Below are positions 1 to 10,557 of a DNA stretch of 64,000 nucleotides, in pieces. Position 1 is the stretch's first letter, and each line of letters opens with the position of its first letter. Under the pieces are notes generated by a model. It made no database searches. It was given only the letters and a program-made list of their open reading frames with translations, and was not told where the DNA came from. A program made the translations under genes and the position numbers. This stretch comes from Candidatus Latescibacterota bacterium. GTDB taxonomy: Bacteria; Latescibacterota; UBA2968. The DNA is taken from positions 640,001-704,000 of the forward strand of contig OZ244960.1 of NCBI GenBank assembly GCA_965222605.1, written 5' to 3'.

Positions 1-1
1 C

Positions 2-781
2 AAAGCCGAGCGCATCGAGTTCGATATGCCGCAGTGTCTGCTTCGCGTAGCCCGTTTCCGCGGTCTCGACAAGATGGCGTTCCTGGACAATCGCCAGTTC
101 AATGGCAACGCTTTCGCACTGCTCGCCAGCGCAGAACGTTTCCTGCGCGACACCTTGCCAATCGCCGGTCGGTTCGAGCCGGGCCGCTTTGAGCGTATAG
201 ACGAACCACTCTATCCGCCTTTAGCCACGCGCGAAGCACTGGCAAACGCGCTGTGCCATCGCGACTATTCGATTGGCGGTGGCTCAGTAGGGGTGGCGAT
301 CTACGACGACCGCCTGGAGGTGACATCCTCTGGCTCACTCCACTTCGGGTTGACCCCAGAGAAACTGTTTGCACCACACGAATCGCGGCCCTGGAATCCA
401 CTAATCGCTGGTACTTTCTACCGTCGTGGCGTCATTGAAAGGTGGGGAAGTGGGACCCTCAAGATCGCGGAGCATGTGAGTGCAGCGGGTCTTCCGCCCC
501 CTGAGATAGAGGATGACGGAGGGTGTGTCACTGTGCGCTTCCGACACGGCCAATTCGTACCGCAACAGCCCACCGGAAGAGGAACAGTCGAACGGCAAGA
601 GGCCATTTTTGCTCTTCTGGAACGTGCGGAGGACGGTCTGATGCGCGGCGAGATTCGCGCGCAGTTGGATCCTGCTATCAGTGAGCGTCAACTACGAAGG
701 GCACTGGAAGAATTGAGAGAAAAAGGGTTGGTCGTGTCCACGGGTCGCGGACTGTCCGCACGCTGGAAACGCAAGGTATAG
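2..781 (+). CDS. ATP-binding protein, RecG-C/HATPase_c_4-like with C-terminal winged HTH (5'-partial; type often found in RM loci)
   Basis: Motifs YPPLATREALANALCHRDY, IYDDRLEVTSSG, PWNPLIA, IERWGSG and C-terminal HTH (ISERQLRRALEELREKGLV); frame is open to the window start. Confidence 0.8.
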   Translation, partial: KAERIEFDMPQCLLRVARFRGLDKMAFLDNRQFNGNAFALLASAERFLRDTLPIAGRFEPGRFERIDEPLYPPLATREALANALCHRDYSIGGGSVGVAIYDDRLEVTSSGSLHFGLTPEKLFAPHESRPWNPLIAGTFYRRGVIERWGSGTLKIAEHVSAAGLPPPEIEDDGGCVTVRFRHGQFVPQQPTGRGTVERQEAIFALLERAEDGLMRGEIRAQLDPAISERQLRRALEELREKGLVVSTGRGLSARWKRKV

Positions 782-823
782 AGTTGATGTATATTGGCCC
801 GATGTGCAGACGGTCTGGAGACA

Positions 824-878
824 GGGGCACTATTGGGGCACTATTGGGGCACTATTGGGGCACTATTGGGGCACTATT
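824..878. repeat. Perfect tandem repeat, 5 x GGGGCACTATT (11 bp)
   Basis: Read directly: units at 824, 835, 846, 857, 868. Confidence 0.95.
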
Positions 879-961
879 CCGAACTCACGACTTTCGATAC
901 AAGTGCAAGGTGATCCTTACCGATTACTCGTATGCCCCAGATTTCTACATGAGGTAAACAG

Positions 962-3907
962 ATGACCGACCTAAAAATCACAGAGGCTGGCACTGTCCAA
1001 TTCCCCATGGTTCGCCACGCAGCCGAGATCAGTTGGACCGCGATATCGCCCATTGTTGCCAGACAGAAACGCGGCGATGAAACGGGGTTGCTATTTCGTG
1101 ACGAACTCGAAACAAAGCTCACCGAGTTCAATCCGTGGATGTCTTCCGATACCATACGTCAGATCATTGAGCGGATAGAGGCAATTCCACCGACGATTGA
1201 GGGAAACCGCGAGATGCTTAGTTGGCTACGCGGTGAGCGGCAATGGTACGACGAGGATGAAGAGCGTCATCCACACGTACAGTTAATCGACTTTGACACA
1301 CCAAGTGCCAACGTTTTTTACGTCACATGGGAATGGAAACTCAAACCTCCGTCCCGAAAGGGCAACCGGGCAGACGTAATGTTTGTCATCAACGGCGTGC
1401 CAGTCGCCATTGTCGAACACAAGAACCCAACAGATAGCAATGCTATTGAACGGGGTATCACCCAGTTGCGACGCTACGAAATGGAGACGCCCGAGTTGAT
1501 GGGAACCGCGCAACTTTTCAACGTCACACATCTCCTCGAATACTGGTACGGTGTCACCTGGAACGCCTCGCGCCGCTTCATGGCACGTTGGAAGGAACGC
1601 CCGGATGAGACTTATCAATTCGCTGTACAGTCCTTCTTTGAGCCAACAGATTTTCTACGCACACTGCGAGACTGGATACTTTTCTATGTCGAAGATGGCG
1701 AGACCCGGAAATCTATACTGCGCCAGCATCAACGCCGCGCAATTGACCGCATTCTCGAACGCTGTGCCGAACCATCCAGACGTCGGGGGTTAATATGGCA
1801 CACCCAGGGATCCGGTAAAACCTTTACACTACTCACCGCCGCACGGCTGATTCTGGAACACAAGGATCGATTCCACACGCCGACCGTGGTGGTAGTCGTA
1901 GATCGCAGAGAACTCGAAGGACAGCTCAAGGAATGGGTTGAACGCCTGCTCGGTGAGATGCAACAACAGGACATCGCGGTATGGCGAGCAAACTCCAGGG
2001 ACGACCTTCGGGACATGCTCAAAACCGACAAACGCGGCTTGATCCTATCCATGATCCACAAGTTTGAGGGCATTGAACAAAACGCCAACATCCGCGACAA
2101 TATCTATGTTTTCATAGACGAGGCGCACCGCTCAGTCGCCAAAGACCTGGGCACTTATCTGATGGCGGCGGTCCCAAATGCTACCATCATCGGTTTTACC
2201 GGCACACCGATCGCTCAGACAGAGCAGGGGAAAGGCACTTTCAAAATTTTTGGCGTTGAAGACGAGCAAGGTTATCTCGATAAGTATTCGATCAGTGAGT
2301 CTATAGAAGACGAAACAACGCTACCGATCCGCCATACTATGGCACCGAGTGAAATGACTGTGCCAACTGAGCAACTCGATAAAGAATTCTTTGAACTTGC
2401 TCAAGCCGAAGGTGTTACCGATGTCGATGAACTCAATAAGGTCCTCGACCAGGCCGTGGGCTTACGCACCTTTCTGACTGCTGATGATCGCATTGAAAAG
2501 ATCGCCAAATACCTAGCTGAGCACTTTGTGGAAAACGTGGCTCCACTCGGCTACAAGGCATTCATCGTGGGTGTGAACCGCGAAGCCTGCGCCAAATACA
2601 AACGCGCACTCGACAAACTCCTGCCATCCGACTGGACAGCACCTGTCTATACAGAGAATACTTCCGACATCATCGACCGCCCCCTCGTTGCGGAACTCCA
2701 ACTCACTGAGGACCAGGAGGCGGACACGCGCCGTCTGTTTAAGAAGGCGGATGAGAACCCAAAGATCCTCATTGTAACCGACAAATTGCTGACGGGCTAC
2801 GACGCGCCGCTTCTCTATTGCATGTATCTCGACAAGCCAATGCGCGATCACGTCCTCTTACAGGCTATTGCGCGCGTGAACCGCCCGCATGTGGACGCGA
2901 ACGGCACCCGCAAGCCCATCGGCCTCATTGTCGATTTCGTCGGCGTGCTCCGCGAACTGAGAAAAGCATTGCGATTCGACTCATCCGACGTCAGCGGTGT
3001 GATTGAGGATATCGGTCTGCTGTTAAATGACTTTCTGAACAAGATAGAAAAGGCAAAAACGGACTACCTCACTATTTGGGGAAACAGCGGTGCAGACGAG
3101 AGTCTCGAAAGGATTGTCTATGGACGCTTCTTCGACGCGGAATCGCGCAAAGCGTTTTTCGAAGCCTACAAGGATATTGAGGCACTTTGGGAGATTTTAT
3201 CGCCCTCGCCGGACCTGCGCGACCACATTGAGACCTACAAGCGACTCGCCCATCTTTATTTTGCTGTTCGGAATGCCTATGCTACCAGCACTAACCCCGT
3301 GATAGACTTAGCCAACAAGACGCGCTCCCTGGTCCAGGAGAGCGCTACCCAGGAAGGTCTCGGCTACCTGACGAAAACAGCGACATTCGACGTAAACACT
3401 CTCGAAACACTCCGAAACGAGTCTGGCTCACAAGAGGCCAACGTGTTCAACCTCGTGCGCGGCTTGCGGCAGGAAGTTGAACAAGAATCGGAAATGGCGT
3501 CTGTACTGCTGCCTTTGAAAGAACGCGCTGAACGCATTTTGAAGGACTTGGAGGATCGCAAAATAACCGCACTCCAGGCAATGGATCAGTTAGATATCCT
3601 TGCTAGAGAAAAAGAGGAAGCTGTCGAGGCTGCAGAGAACAGCGGACTTTCGCCGCGTGCATTTGGTATTCATTTGGCACTGAAGGACGATCCGAATATG
3701 GAGGCTATCGGCATATCGACATTGAACGTGGCGCAGGAAGTGGAAACGCTTCTCAACCGCTTTCCCAATGCGGCTGTCAACGCCGACGAACAACGGCGGC
3801 TACGTGCGGCTCTCTATCTCCCGCTTCTGCGACTGGACAAGGATGAACGCAGCCGCGTCGTGGATCGCGTCCTTTCAATTCTTCTGGACACAGATACCGA
3901 TGAGTAG
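962..3907 (+). CDS. hsdR: Type I restriction endonuclease subunit R
   Basis: Nuclease motif [20 protein letters not shown]; helicase motifs [36 protein letters not shown]; 981 aa. Confidence 0.95.
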   Translation: MTDLKITEAGTVQFPMVRHAAEISWTAISPIVARQKRGDETGLLFRDELETKLTEFNPWMSSDTIRQIIERIEAIPPTIEGNREMLSWLRGERQWYDEDEERHPHVQLIDFDTPSANVFYVTWEWKLKPPSRKGNRADVMFVINGVPVAIVEHKNPTDSNAIERGITQLRRYEMETPELMGTAQLFNVTHLLEYWYGVTWNASRRFMARWKERPDETYQFAVQSFFEPTDFLRTLRDWILFYVEDGETRKSILRQHQRRAIDRILERCAEPSRRRGLIWHTQGSGKTFTLLTAARLILEHKDRFHTPTVVVVVDRRELEGQLKEWVERLLGEMQQQDIAVWRANSRDDLRDMLKTDKRGLILSMIHKFEGIEQNANIRDNIYVFIDEAHRSVAKDLGTYLMAAVPNATIIGFTGTPIAQTEQGKGTFKIFGVEDEQGYLDKYSISESIEDETTLPIRHTMAPSEMTVPTEQLDKEFFELAQAEGVTDVDELNKVLDQAVGLRTFLTADDRIEKIAKYLAEHFVENVAPLGYKAFIVGVNREACAKYKRALDKLLPSDWTAPVYTENTSDIIDRPLVAELQLTEDQEADTRRLFKKADENPKILIVTDKLLTGYDAPLLYCMYLDKPMRDHVLLQAIARVNRPHVDANGTRKPIGLIVDFVGVLRELRKALRFDSSDVSGVIEDIGLLLNDFLNKIEKAKTDYLTIWGNSGADESLERIVYGRFFDAESRKAFFEAYKDIEALWEILSPSPDLRDHIETYKRLAHLYFAVRNAYATSTNPVIDLANKTRSLVQESATQEGLGYLTKTATFDVNTLETLRNESGSQEANVFNLVRGLRQEVEQESEMASVLLPLKERAERILKDLEDRKITALQAMDQLDILAREKEEAVEAAENSGLSPRAFGIHLALKDDPNMEAIGISTLNVAQEVETLLNRFPNAAVNADEQRRLRAALYLPLLRLDKDERSRVVDRVLSILLDTDTDE

Positions 3908-4193
3908 CGATCAACGCAAGGTCATCCGCACCCGCGTCGAATACTGGACGCGGCGATTGAACGTCCGTCCCCGGCAGATTCGCGTTCAACACATGACCCG
4001 GAAGTGGGGTTCTTGCTCAACATCCGGGATTATCACACTCGCCATTGATCTGGCTGATCGGGAAGTGGGATTTCAAGACTTCGTCATCGCACACGAGTTG
4101 TTGCATCTTCGCGTTCCCAACCATGGAAGATTATTTAAGGCATTGATGACCGTTCATGTGCCTGAGTGGAAGAAATACAACATCACAAAATAG
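3900..4193 (+). CDS. M48/YgjP-like (DUF45) metallopeptidase, short form
   Basis: MTRKWGSCS and [15 protein letters not shown] (HExxH); ATG at 3900 overlaps the hsdR end; common position downstream of hsdR. Confidence 0.85.
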   Translation: MSSDQRKVIRTRVEYWTRRLNVRPRQIRVQHMTRKWGSCSTSGIITLAIDLADREVGFQDFVIAHELLHLRVPNHGRLFKALMTVHVPEWKKYNITK

Positions 4194-4478
4194 AGCACTG
4201 TTTACGGTTCAATTTTCCAATCTCATCGCTCGTTGCTGTATAAAAAAAGGCAACCGATTAGTGTGCTCTTTGGTGCCATCGATTGGCTACTCAAAGAATG
4301 GTCCAATCATATCTTGCTGATCCCAACATCTCGTGCTCTCGCTACGCTGACGGCGTCATCGCGCAGAGAGAGAATTTGGAGTTGCGAAGGTATTACAGAA
4401 TTTCAAATGGTCCCTATATCTCCCATATTCGCATACATCAAGAGATCACTATCAAATCCCGAGAGGTGACAAACAACC

Positions 4479-5657
4479 ATGTCCAATATTCTGAAAAAAC
4501 TCCGGCTTGACTTTAATCCCTTCGAGCCAGCGGCAACAGGTGCGCCCCTACATGCCAAATTGCCGCCCCCAAAAGAATTGGAATATCGAGTGAAAGAACT
4601 CCTCGACTTACATCAATCAGGAGCCGGTGGTGTAAACGCCATCGTCATCGTTGGAGAGTATGGAGCCGGAAAGACCTGCTTCCTGCAATGGCTCCATAGC
4701 GAGGTCTTTCCAAGCCGTCACATCAAATCCTTCTACTTCGATAACTCTGGAGTGCAATTTTACGACCTCGCCAATAGGTTGTTGAGTACTATCGGTCGCA
4801 AGGACTTCGCCAAATTTATCTGGGAGCTTGCTGGTGCGTATGTGACCGTTCCATATCAGGGAAGGCTTTTCCAAAAGGGCTATGAGGAATATTTGTCGAC
4901 CTGGTTTCGTCCGGGTCGCCAACAGGACTTGACGAGCCCCCTCCAAGAGGCCATCAAAAGTGCAAATGTGACCACTAACGAACAGATCGCTCACTGTCTT
5001 GCCCGGATCGTTACCGAGATTGTGAAAAAACCATATTTCGAATATCGGGACTTCATACCGAGACAGAGCGGCAGCATGGTTCCGGAAGGAGAGGAAGCAC
5101 CTTACTTCCGCGCAATATTGAAAACGATCTTACAAGGAACGAGTGCCAAAGCCATTGCATTCCTCATTGACGAATTCGAGGAAATAGGTCTTCAAAAAAG
5201 GCTCACCAGACGTGCTGCACATGATTACTTGGCAACGCTGAAACGTTTGATAAACCTCGCTCAAAGCGAACAGGTTGACTTCTGGATTGTCTTTTCAATG
5301 ACACCTGATGCTTATGAGATCACTAAGGAGCTTGAACCTTCGCTGATTGAGCGCATTTCTGACCAAATATTAAATATCGATCTCTTAACGAGTTCAGAAG
5401 CACTGGCCTTAATGAGATCACGGATAGAGGCTGCTCGATCAAGCGAGACAGACGAATCAATAGGAGATATTTTCCCGTTTCCTGATGATATTGGCTTCCG
5501 ATTCAACACCTACTCGAATCCCAGACGGCTGATAAAGACATGTTTTCGGGCAATTGCACAGGCGGATGCAGATGTTCAGCTACCATTTACTGAAGACTAT
5601 CTTCACAAAATTGAAGACGAACTTTATCCCCAATTGACTAATAACCTTTGGTGCTAG
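4479..5657 (+). CDS. P-loop ATPase, putative defence-associated; native C-terminus replaced by IS982 sequence
   Basis: Walker A GEYGAGKT, Walker B FLIDEFEE, N-terminal NPF and NPR motifs; SD GAGGTG upstream; last codons lie inside the IS left end. Confidence 0.75.
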   Translation: MSNILKKLRLDFNPFEPAATGAPLHAKLPPPKELEYRVKELLDLHQSGAGGVNAIVIVGEYGAGKTCFLQWLHSEVFPSRHIKSFYFDNSGVQFYDLANRLLSTIGRKDFAKFIWELAGAYVTVPYQGRLFQKGYEEYLSTWFRPGRQQDLTSPLQEAIKSANVTTNEQIAHCLARIVTEIVKKPYFEYRDFIPRQSGSMVPEGEEAPYFRAILKTILQGTSAKAIAFLIDEFEEIGLQKRLTRRAAHDYLATLKRLINLAQSEQVDFWIVFSMTPDAYEITKELEPSLIERISDQILNIDLLTSSEALALMRSRIEAARSSETDESIGDIFPFPDDIGFRFNTYSNPRRLIKTCFRAIAQADADVQLPFTEDYLHKIEDELYPQLTNNLWC

Positions 5658-6544
5658 TAGATAAGAAGTTGTAAGTCGCCAGAAGTTTACCTATGCTGAA
5701 TGAGTTAGCACCTCATTCATTCACAGCAGGGAGGTAAACTTCATGACGACTGAAATGCTGATCATTGACCTGTTCTGTCGGGTAGATGATCAAACGCAAG
5801 ACCTTGAGAAACATCCTCAAGCCAAGCTCTATCCCAGCGAAGTCATCACGTTGGCCTTGCTTTTTGCGATTAAAGGGGTGGGCAATCGCGCCTATTATGA
5901 TTGGCTGATAAACGATTGGCAGCACCTGTTTCCTAACTTACCTCATCGCACGCGCTTGTTTCGCCTCTTTTTAAGGCATCAACACGCCACAAGCCGATTT
6001 TTAGCCGAAAAGAGCGTGTTGGGCATCATTGATAGCTATGGCATTGAGTTGATTCATCCGATCCGAGAAGGCAGAAGTCCTGCTCAGATCGGGAAGAAAG
6101 GCAAATCGAATTATCGCTGGATTGTCGGTGGCAAGCTCTGTCTGTTGATCAATCAATGGGGTCTCATCGTGGATTGGGACTGTCAGACAGCTAATGTTCA
6201 CGATACCACCTTCCACCATCTCATCAAGCAGGTGCAATCAGACATGGTCGTCTTTGCCGATGTCGGCTTTCAAAAAGCGCAAGACAACCCAGAAAACTTA
6301 AAAATCTGTCCGCGTGGCACTTGGAATGAGCGCATGGTGGTTGAAACCATCTTATCTATGATGACGCTCGTGTGGCATTTTAAGAAAGTCATGCATCGGG
6401 TCTGGAGCTATTTTGCAATGCGATTGGCTTTTACCATGGCCGCCTTCAATATCTTGGTACAATGGCAGGGCTTTAAACCCGATGAAGATGGGTTCATTAA
6501 CCTTGCCATCGCACACTTCAGAATATAACACTAGCACCAAAGGT
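5644..6544 (+). mobile_element. IS982-family insertion sequence, 901 bp
   Basis: 15-bp perfect TIRs ACCTTTGGTGCTAGT (5644-5658) and ACTAGCACCAAAGGT (6530-6544); TAATA direct repeats at 5639-5643 and 6545-6549. Confidence 0.9.
5743..6528 (+). CDS. IS982-family DDE transposase
   Basis: KLYPSEVITL, FPNLPHRTRLFR, IIDSYGI, GGKLCLLIN, ANVHD, FADVGF, RMVVET; SD GGAGGT. Confidence 0.9.
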   Translation: MTTEMLIIDLFCRVDDQTQDLEKHPQAKLYPSEVITLALLFAIKGVGNRAYYDWLINDWQHLFPNLPHRTRLFRLFLRHQHATSRFLAEKSVLGIIDSYGIELIHPIREGRSPAQIGKKGKSNYRWIVGGKLCLLINQWGLIVDWDCQTANVHDTTFHHLIKQVQSDMVVFADVGFQKAQDNPENLKICPRGTWNERMVVETILSMMTLVWHFKKVMHRVWSYFAMRLAFTMAAFNILVQWQGFKPDEDGFINLAIAHFRI

Positions 6545-6642
6545 TAATAGCGAGAATGGGCAACCAGGAAAGAAGAGCAAAACTTCAGGAAAGTAGTGTT
6601 TCTGGACACAATGACACTATATTCGGCTTTGTCTGGAGTACG

Positions 6643-6799
6643 CTAAGTGCTCTGTCAAAAAAATTAGCTGATATATTTCTTAATAGACTGGATTGCGGCT
6701 AAAACCATGCCGCAATGACAACCGTCGTTCGTCACGCCTGCATGTTTTAAGCAGGCGTCCAGTGGATTTATGCAGAAACTTATTTGACAGACCACTCAG
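6643..6799. mobile_element. MITE-like element with imperfect TIRs enclosing an inverted REP doublet
   Basis: Left CTAAGTGCTCTGTCAAAAAA vs reverse complement of right end CTGAGTGGTCTGTCAAATAA; inside are two related palindromes (about 6688-6720 and 6731-6762) in opposite orientation. Confidence 0.55.
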
Positions 6800-6943
6800 G
6801 AGCTATGACAAGCTGTGACAGGCCATCACAGAATCGCGGGAAAAAAATGACCCCCCCGACTACTCCGTAATGGAGAGAGCCCGCCTGGAGCTCTTGTCAT
6901 CGGGAGGGAACCTTTTATTTATCGGGCTGGATGAACCAAATAT

Positions 6944-7690
6944 CTAAACCGCCATCGCCTCTTCTTGCAGCTGCGCCATCCCTTCAAACTCGCGCCAGAT
7001 ATCGGCCATAGCATCCGTGCTATTTTCGCCGGCATCGACGTGTCTGGGTCTAAAAATCACGGCATAACGGATATCGGGCGAATGATTTGGACCCCCATTG
7101 TGATACATCTGGTGATGGCAGATCACGGCATCGCCCGCTTCGCCCATAAACTGAATCGGCCCATGCGGCAAATCGACATCGGGAATCCGGCGATTGGCCT
7201 TTGCCGTCTCCACGTAATTGGGATCTTTCTGAAACGCCGCTTCAAAAACGCGATGGGACCCCGGCCAAAAACAGAAATTGCCCATAAACGGTCGCGGAAC
7301 ATCGTGAACCAGAACCACGACAAGCAGCGTCATACCGCGATTCAGCAACCCATCCTTCAACTTCCCACCCAAATCCAGATGCCCACCCCTCAGCGGACGC
7401 TCCTCTGCATCGGGAAAATTGAGCTTCACACTGCCCCCTCGCGGCGGGATCAACTTCCCCTCTCCCACAACTGACTCGCACAGACCCCATAGCGGCGATT
7501 TATTAAACAAATCTGTAATCACCGGCTCACTGCTCAACCCAGGGTTCCGCCCTTGCGCCATCACTTTGAAACGCATGTGCCGATTAATGGCCTTGCGCGC
7601 CTGATCGGCCATCAACTTTGGCACAGCACCTCGAACAAGCACATATCCATTTTCGTAAAACTGTCGCTTTTGCGCTTTGGTCATTTGCAT
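6944..7690 (-). CDS. Phytanoyl-CoA dioxygenase (PhyH) family protein
   Basis: FYENGYVLV, HLD, WPGSH, GEAGDAVICHHQMYHNGGPN, IRYAVIFR. Confidence 0.85.
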   Translation of the reverse strand: MQMTKAQKRQFYENGYVLVRGAVPKLMADQARKAINRHMRFKVMAQGRNPGLSSEPVITDLFNKSPLWGLCESVVGEGKLIPPRGGSVKLNFPDAEERPLRGGHLDLGGKLKDGLLNRGMTLLVVVLVHDVPRPFMGNFCFWPGSHRVFEAAFQKDPNYVETAKANRRIPDVDLPHGPIQFMGEAGDAVICHHQMYHNGGPNHSPDIRYAVIFRPRHVDAGENSTDAMADIWREFEGMAQLQEEAMAV

Positions 7691-7709
7691 GGGAACCTCC
7701 TATTAGTTA

Positions 7710-8678
7710 TCAATCATAATCCAGCACAACCTTAATCGCCTCATCTCGATGATCCACAAACAATTCAAAACCCTTTTGCACCTCTGTAAACGGCAAATGG
7801 TGTGTAATAATTGGCGAGACATCAATGCGTCCCTGCGCGATCATACCCATAGCCAGGGGATAATCATTCAACGAATCTGGCCCCACAGAGCCGACCAGCG
7901 TCACATTCTTTCCGAAAAACTCGCGATAATTAAACGCATACACATCGTCATCGGGCACGCCAAACGCCAGTACCGTACCCAGACGCCTGGTTAAATTCAG
8001 ACACAAATTGACCGTATCCTGATTGTGTCCCACAATCTCCACCACCAGATCGGCCATCCGCCCATCCGTAATATTTCTAACTGCAGCTACCACATCTTCC
8101 CTATCGGGATTCACCACATGGGTTGCCCGCATCTTTTTGGCCGCCTCGAGACGAAAATCGACCGTATCGACAGCAACAACGGTCTTCGCCCCCAAATTGC
8201 TCAGCAAATGCGTCATCAACAAACCCATTGGTCCCTGCCCCACCACCACGGCGTCCTGATTGATAATATTGCCCAATTTGCGACACGCCCAGATCACCGT
8301 CCCCAGAGGCTGAGACATCAACAATTCATCGAGCGGTTCATAATCTGCGAGATGCACCCCCACATTCTCGCTCGAAATATAATACTCAGCCAACCCACCA
8401 ATACCCGCCGTGGGTCGCGCCTGCACAAAATCCCCTGGCTGAAACCTATCCGACGCCGACGCAACCACCGTTCCAATACACTCGTGAATTGAAGTCCCGA
8501 TATTCATCGGATACACCGCGGCCGGTTGTTTCAACACAAACTTTGGCGAATCCGACCCACAAATCGCGGTCATATGCGCCTTAACCTTTATCGACCCTCT
8601 TGGAAAATCTTCAATATTCGGCTCATCGGCCTCAAACATCTCAATCTGCCGATGAGCGACGACGTGTGCTGCTTTCAC
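7710..8678 (-). CDS. Zn-binding medium-chain dehydrogenase/reductase
   Basis: ICGSD, HECIG, GQGPMG Rossmann motif, ITHHLPF..IKVVL; GTG start with SD AAGGAGG. Confidence 0.85.
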   Translation of the reverse strand: MKAAHVVAHRQIEMFEADEPNIEDFPRGSIKVKAHMTAICGSDSPKFVLKQPAAVYPMNIGTSIHECIGTVVASASDRFQPGDFVQARPTAGIGGLAEYYISSENVGVHLADYEPLDELLMSQPLGTVIWACRKLGNIINQDAVVVGQGPMGLLMTHLLSNLGAKTVVAVDTVDFRLEAAKKMRATHVVNPDREDVVAAVRNITDGRMADLVVEIVGHNQDTVNLCLNLTRRLGTVLAFGVPDDDVYAFNYREFFGKNVTLVGSVGPDSLNDYPLAMGMIAQGRIDVSPIITHHLPFTEVQKGFELFVDHRDEAIKVVLDYD

Positions 8679-8709
8679 CCATTCCTCCTTTAGAAACTGT
8701 CAAACCAAC

Positions 8710-8736
8710 GGGCGGGCACAGGGGCACCGCCCCTAC
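8710..8736 (-). repeat. GTAG-type REP palindrome
   Basis: Minus strand GTAGGGGCGGTGCCCCTGTGCCCGCCC, intergenic. Confidence 0.65.
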
Positions 8737-8774
8737 ATTGCTCAGATGAATTGCTGCTGAGTCACTCTATCGCA

Positions 8775-10535
8775 TCAATCCGCCGCCTCAATCCGCGAGG
8801 TCTCTAACTCGCTGCGCTGTCCCAACCATATAAACACACCGCCAACGCCCAGCACAAAACCGCCCACAAACAGAATCCCCAGACGTCCAATCAGGGGATT
8901 GGGCAACAAGACAAGTGTGCAAATCAACCCACCAATAATCGCAGCAAAACTACCGATAATTTTGAGCTGGCGCAAATCATTTGGCACGCCGATCTCTTTT
9001 TCAAAATCAACCGGCATCAGCATGCGATCAAAAAAGCCCTGCGCCTGCCTCTTATAAAATTCGGGTGCGCGATTCCAGAACGGCACTGTCAACAAATAAG
9101 CCACCACCCCCACTGAAAGATTGATAAACACCTTCTGTTGAAATGACCAGGTCTCGCCAAAAATTTCCGCACTAAAAAACCCAATTGCAGATGGGATCAA
9201 CGTAACACTCACCGTCACAATCGCCGCCCAACTCGGCGACGTGCGAATAAACAGCCCCAGCAGCGCAGGTACAGCCATCGGCAACGCCAGCAATGCGCCG
9301 ATATTCAACATATGCTCGAACACCCCCCGGCCCTCAGTATTTGCAAAATACGTGGCAATGCTCACAATGAACACCCCAAACACCGCTGAAAACACCTGCC
9401 CCAACCGCATCAGGCTTTTGCCCTGCATAGTCGCCCGCCCAAACAACCGGCACAGCGTCGGATAAATATCATTGGTAAAAATCGCTGCATTGCGGTTCAA
9501 CCCCGAATCCATCGAACTCATCGTCGCCGCAAACATCGCCACCACCATCAGCCCCGTCATGCCCAGCGGCAACACATTCAAACTCGCAATTGCATACGCC
9601 GCTTCCGCAGCCTTGGGAATATCGATCGCCATCACCTCGGCGTGAAACAAAAGTCGCGCAGTCATCGGCGGAATAAACCACAGGAACGCACCCGCGGTCA
9701 TCAGCACAAAGCCCAACCACGCCGCCTTTTGCGCCTCGCGTCCATCCTTCACCAAAAAATACCTCTGTGCCGACGTAAGCGTATTGTATCCAATCACATT
9801 CTTCAGCAACATCGCTATAGCCCACGCATAGGTATAGGCCCGCAGCGGAAACTGGTCAGGCGTATTAAACACGCCATAAGCCGACGACAGCCCCATATCC
9901 TGAATCCCCTGAAACAGAGCGCCCACGCCGCCGATCTTCACCAGACACAACACCCCCACCAGAATGGTAATGGGAATGAGGATAAGCGTTTGTAGAAAAT
10001 CTGTAGCCGTCACAGCCCAGCTACCGCCAATCAGCGAATAGAGCAACACCACCGCGCCCACCACCACGATCACCTGCTCGATTTTATATCCAAACACCGC
10101 CGAACAGAAAATCGCCAAACCCAGAAGATGTAGCGATGAATACAGGGTCTGCATGACAAATGACATCCACGCGTAAAATTGTTGCGTTGGAATGCCAAAG
10201 CGCAGGCGAATCACTTCGGGGCCTGTAATGGCCCGGGTCTGTCGAAACCATTTGGCGAGAAACAAACCGTTAATAGCAAAACCCACGGAATTTGCCAGAT
10301 AAATCACCAGCACACTCCAGCCGGCTTCATAAGCCGCACCCGCCGCGCCTGAAAAAGTCCACGCACTAAACGCCGTCATAAACGCACTCGACCCCACCAG
10401 CCACCAGGTGCCCTTGCAACCGTTTCGAAAATAGTCGCTCACATTTTCATTAAAACGGCGAAACACCATGCCCACCCCAACCAGCACGGCCAAATAACAT
10501 CCGATCACAACATATTCAACCGATGTTTCACTCAT
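8775..10535 (-). CDS. Sodium:solute symporter (SSS) family transporter
   Basis: DYFRNG..WWLVGSS, GGSWAVTATDFLQ, AQRY, FAATMSSMDSGLN; many TM helices; start set to MSETSVEY at 10535. Confidence 0.9.
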   Translation of the reverse strand: MSETSVEYVVIGCYLAVLVGVGMVFRRFNENVSDYFRNGCKGTWWLVGSSAFMTAFSAWTFSGAAGAAYEAGWSVLVIYLANSVGFAINGLFLAKWFRQTRAITGPEVIRLRFGIPTQQFYAWMSFVMQTLYSSLHLLGLAIFCSAVFGYKIEQVIVVVGAVVLLYSLIGGSWAVTATDFLQTLILIPITILVGVLCLVKIGGVGALFQGIQDMGLSSAYGVFNTPDQFPLRAYTYAWAIAMLLKNVIGYNTLTSAQRYFLVKDGREAQKAAWLGFVLMTAGAFLWFIPPMTARLLFHAEVMAIDIPKAAEAAYAIASLNVLPLGMTGLMVVAMFAATMSSMDSGLNRNAAIFTNDIYPTLCRLFGRATMQGKSLMRLGQVFSAVFGVFIVSIATYFANTEGRGVFEHMLNIGALLALPMAVPALLGLFIRTSPSWAAIVTVSVTLIPSAIGFFSAEIFGETWSFQQKVFINLSVGVVAYLLTVPFWNRAPEFYKRQAQGFFDRMLMPVDFEKEIGVPNDLRQLKIIGSFAAIIGGLICTLVLLPNPLIGRLGILFVGGFVLGVGGVFIWLGQRSELETSRIEAAD

Positions 10536-10557
10536 AGAGAAATTCTCCGTTTGGCCA

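Noticed and set aside
824-878. Possible CRISPR array
   Set aside because: Contiguous 11-bp units without spacers; no cas genes in the window
962-3907. Orphan hsdR lacking hsdM/hsdS
   Set aside because: The locus runs off the left edge; M and S genes may lie upstream, so absence cannot be claimed
6840-6920. Structured ncRNA candidate
   Set aside because: Only an imperfect GC stem flanked by A/T runs downstream of a minus-strand operon; adequately explained as a terminator
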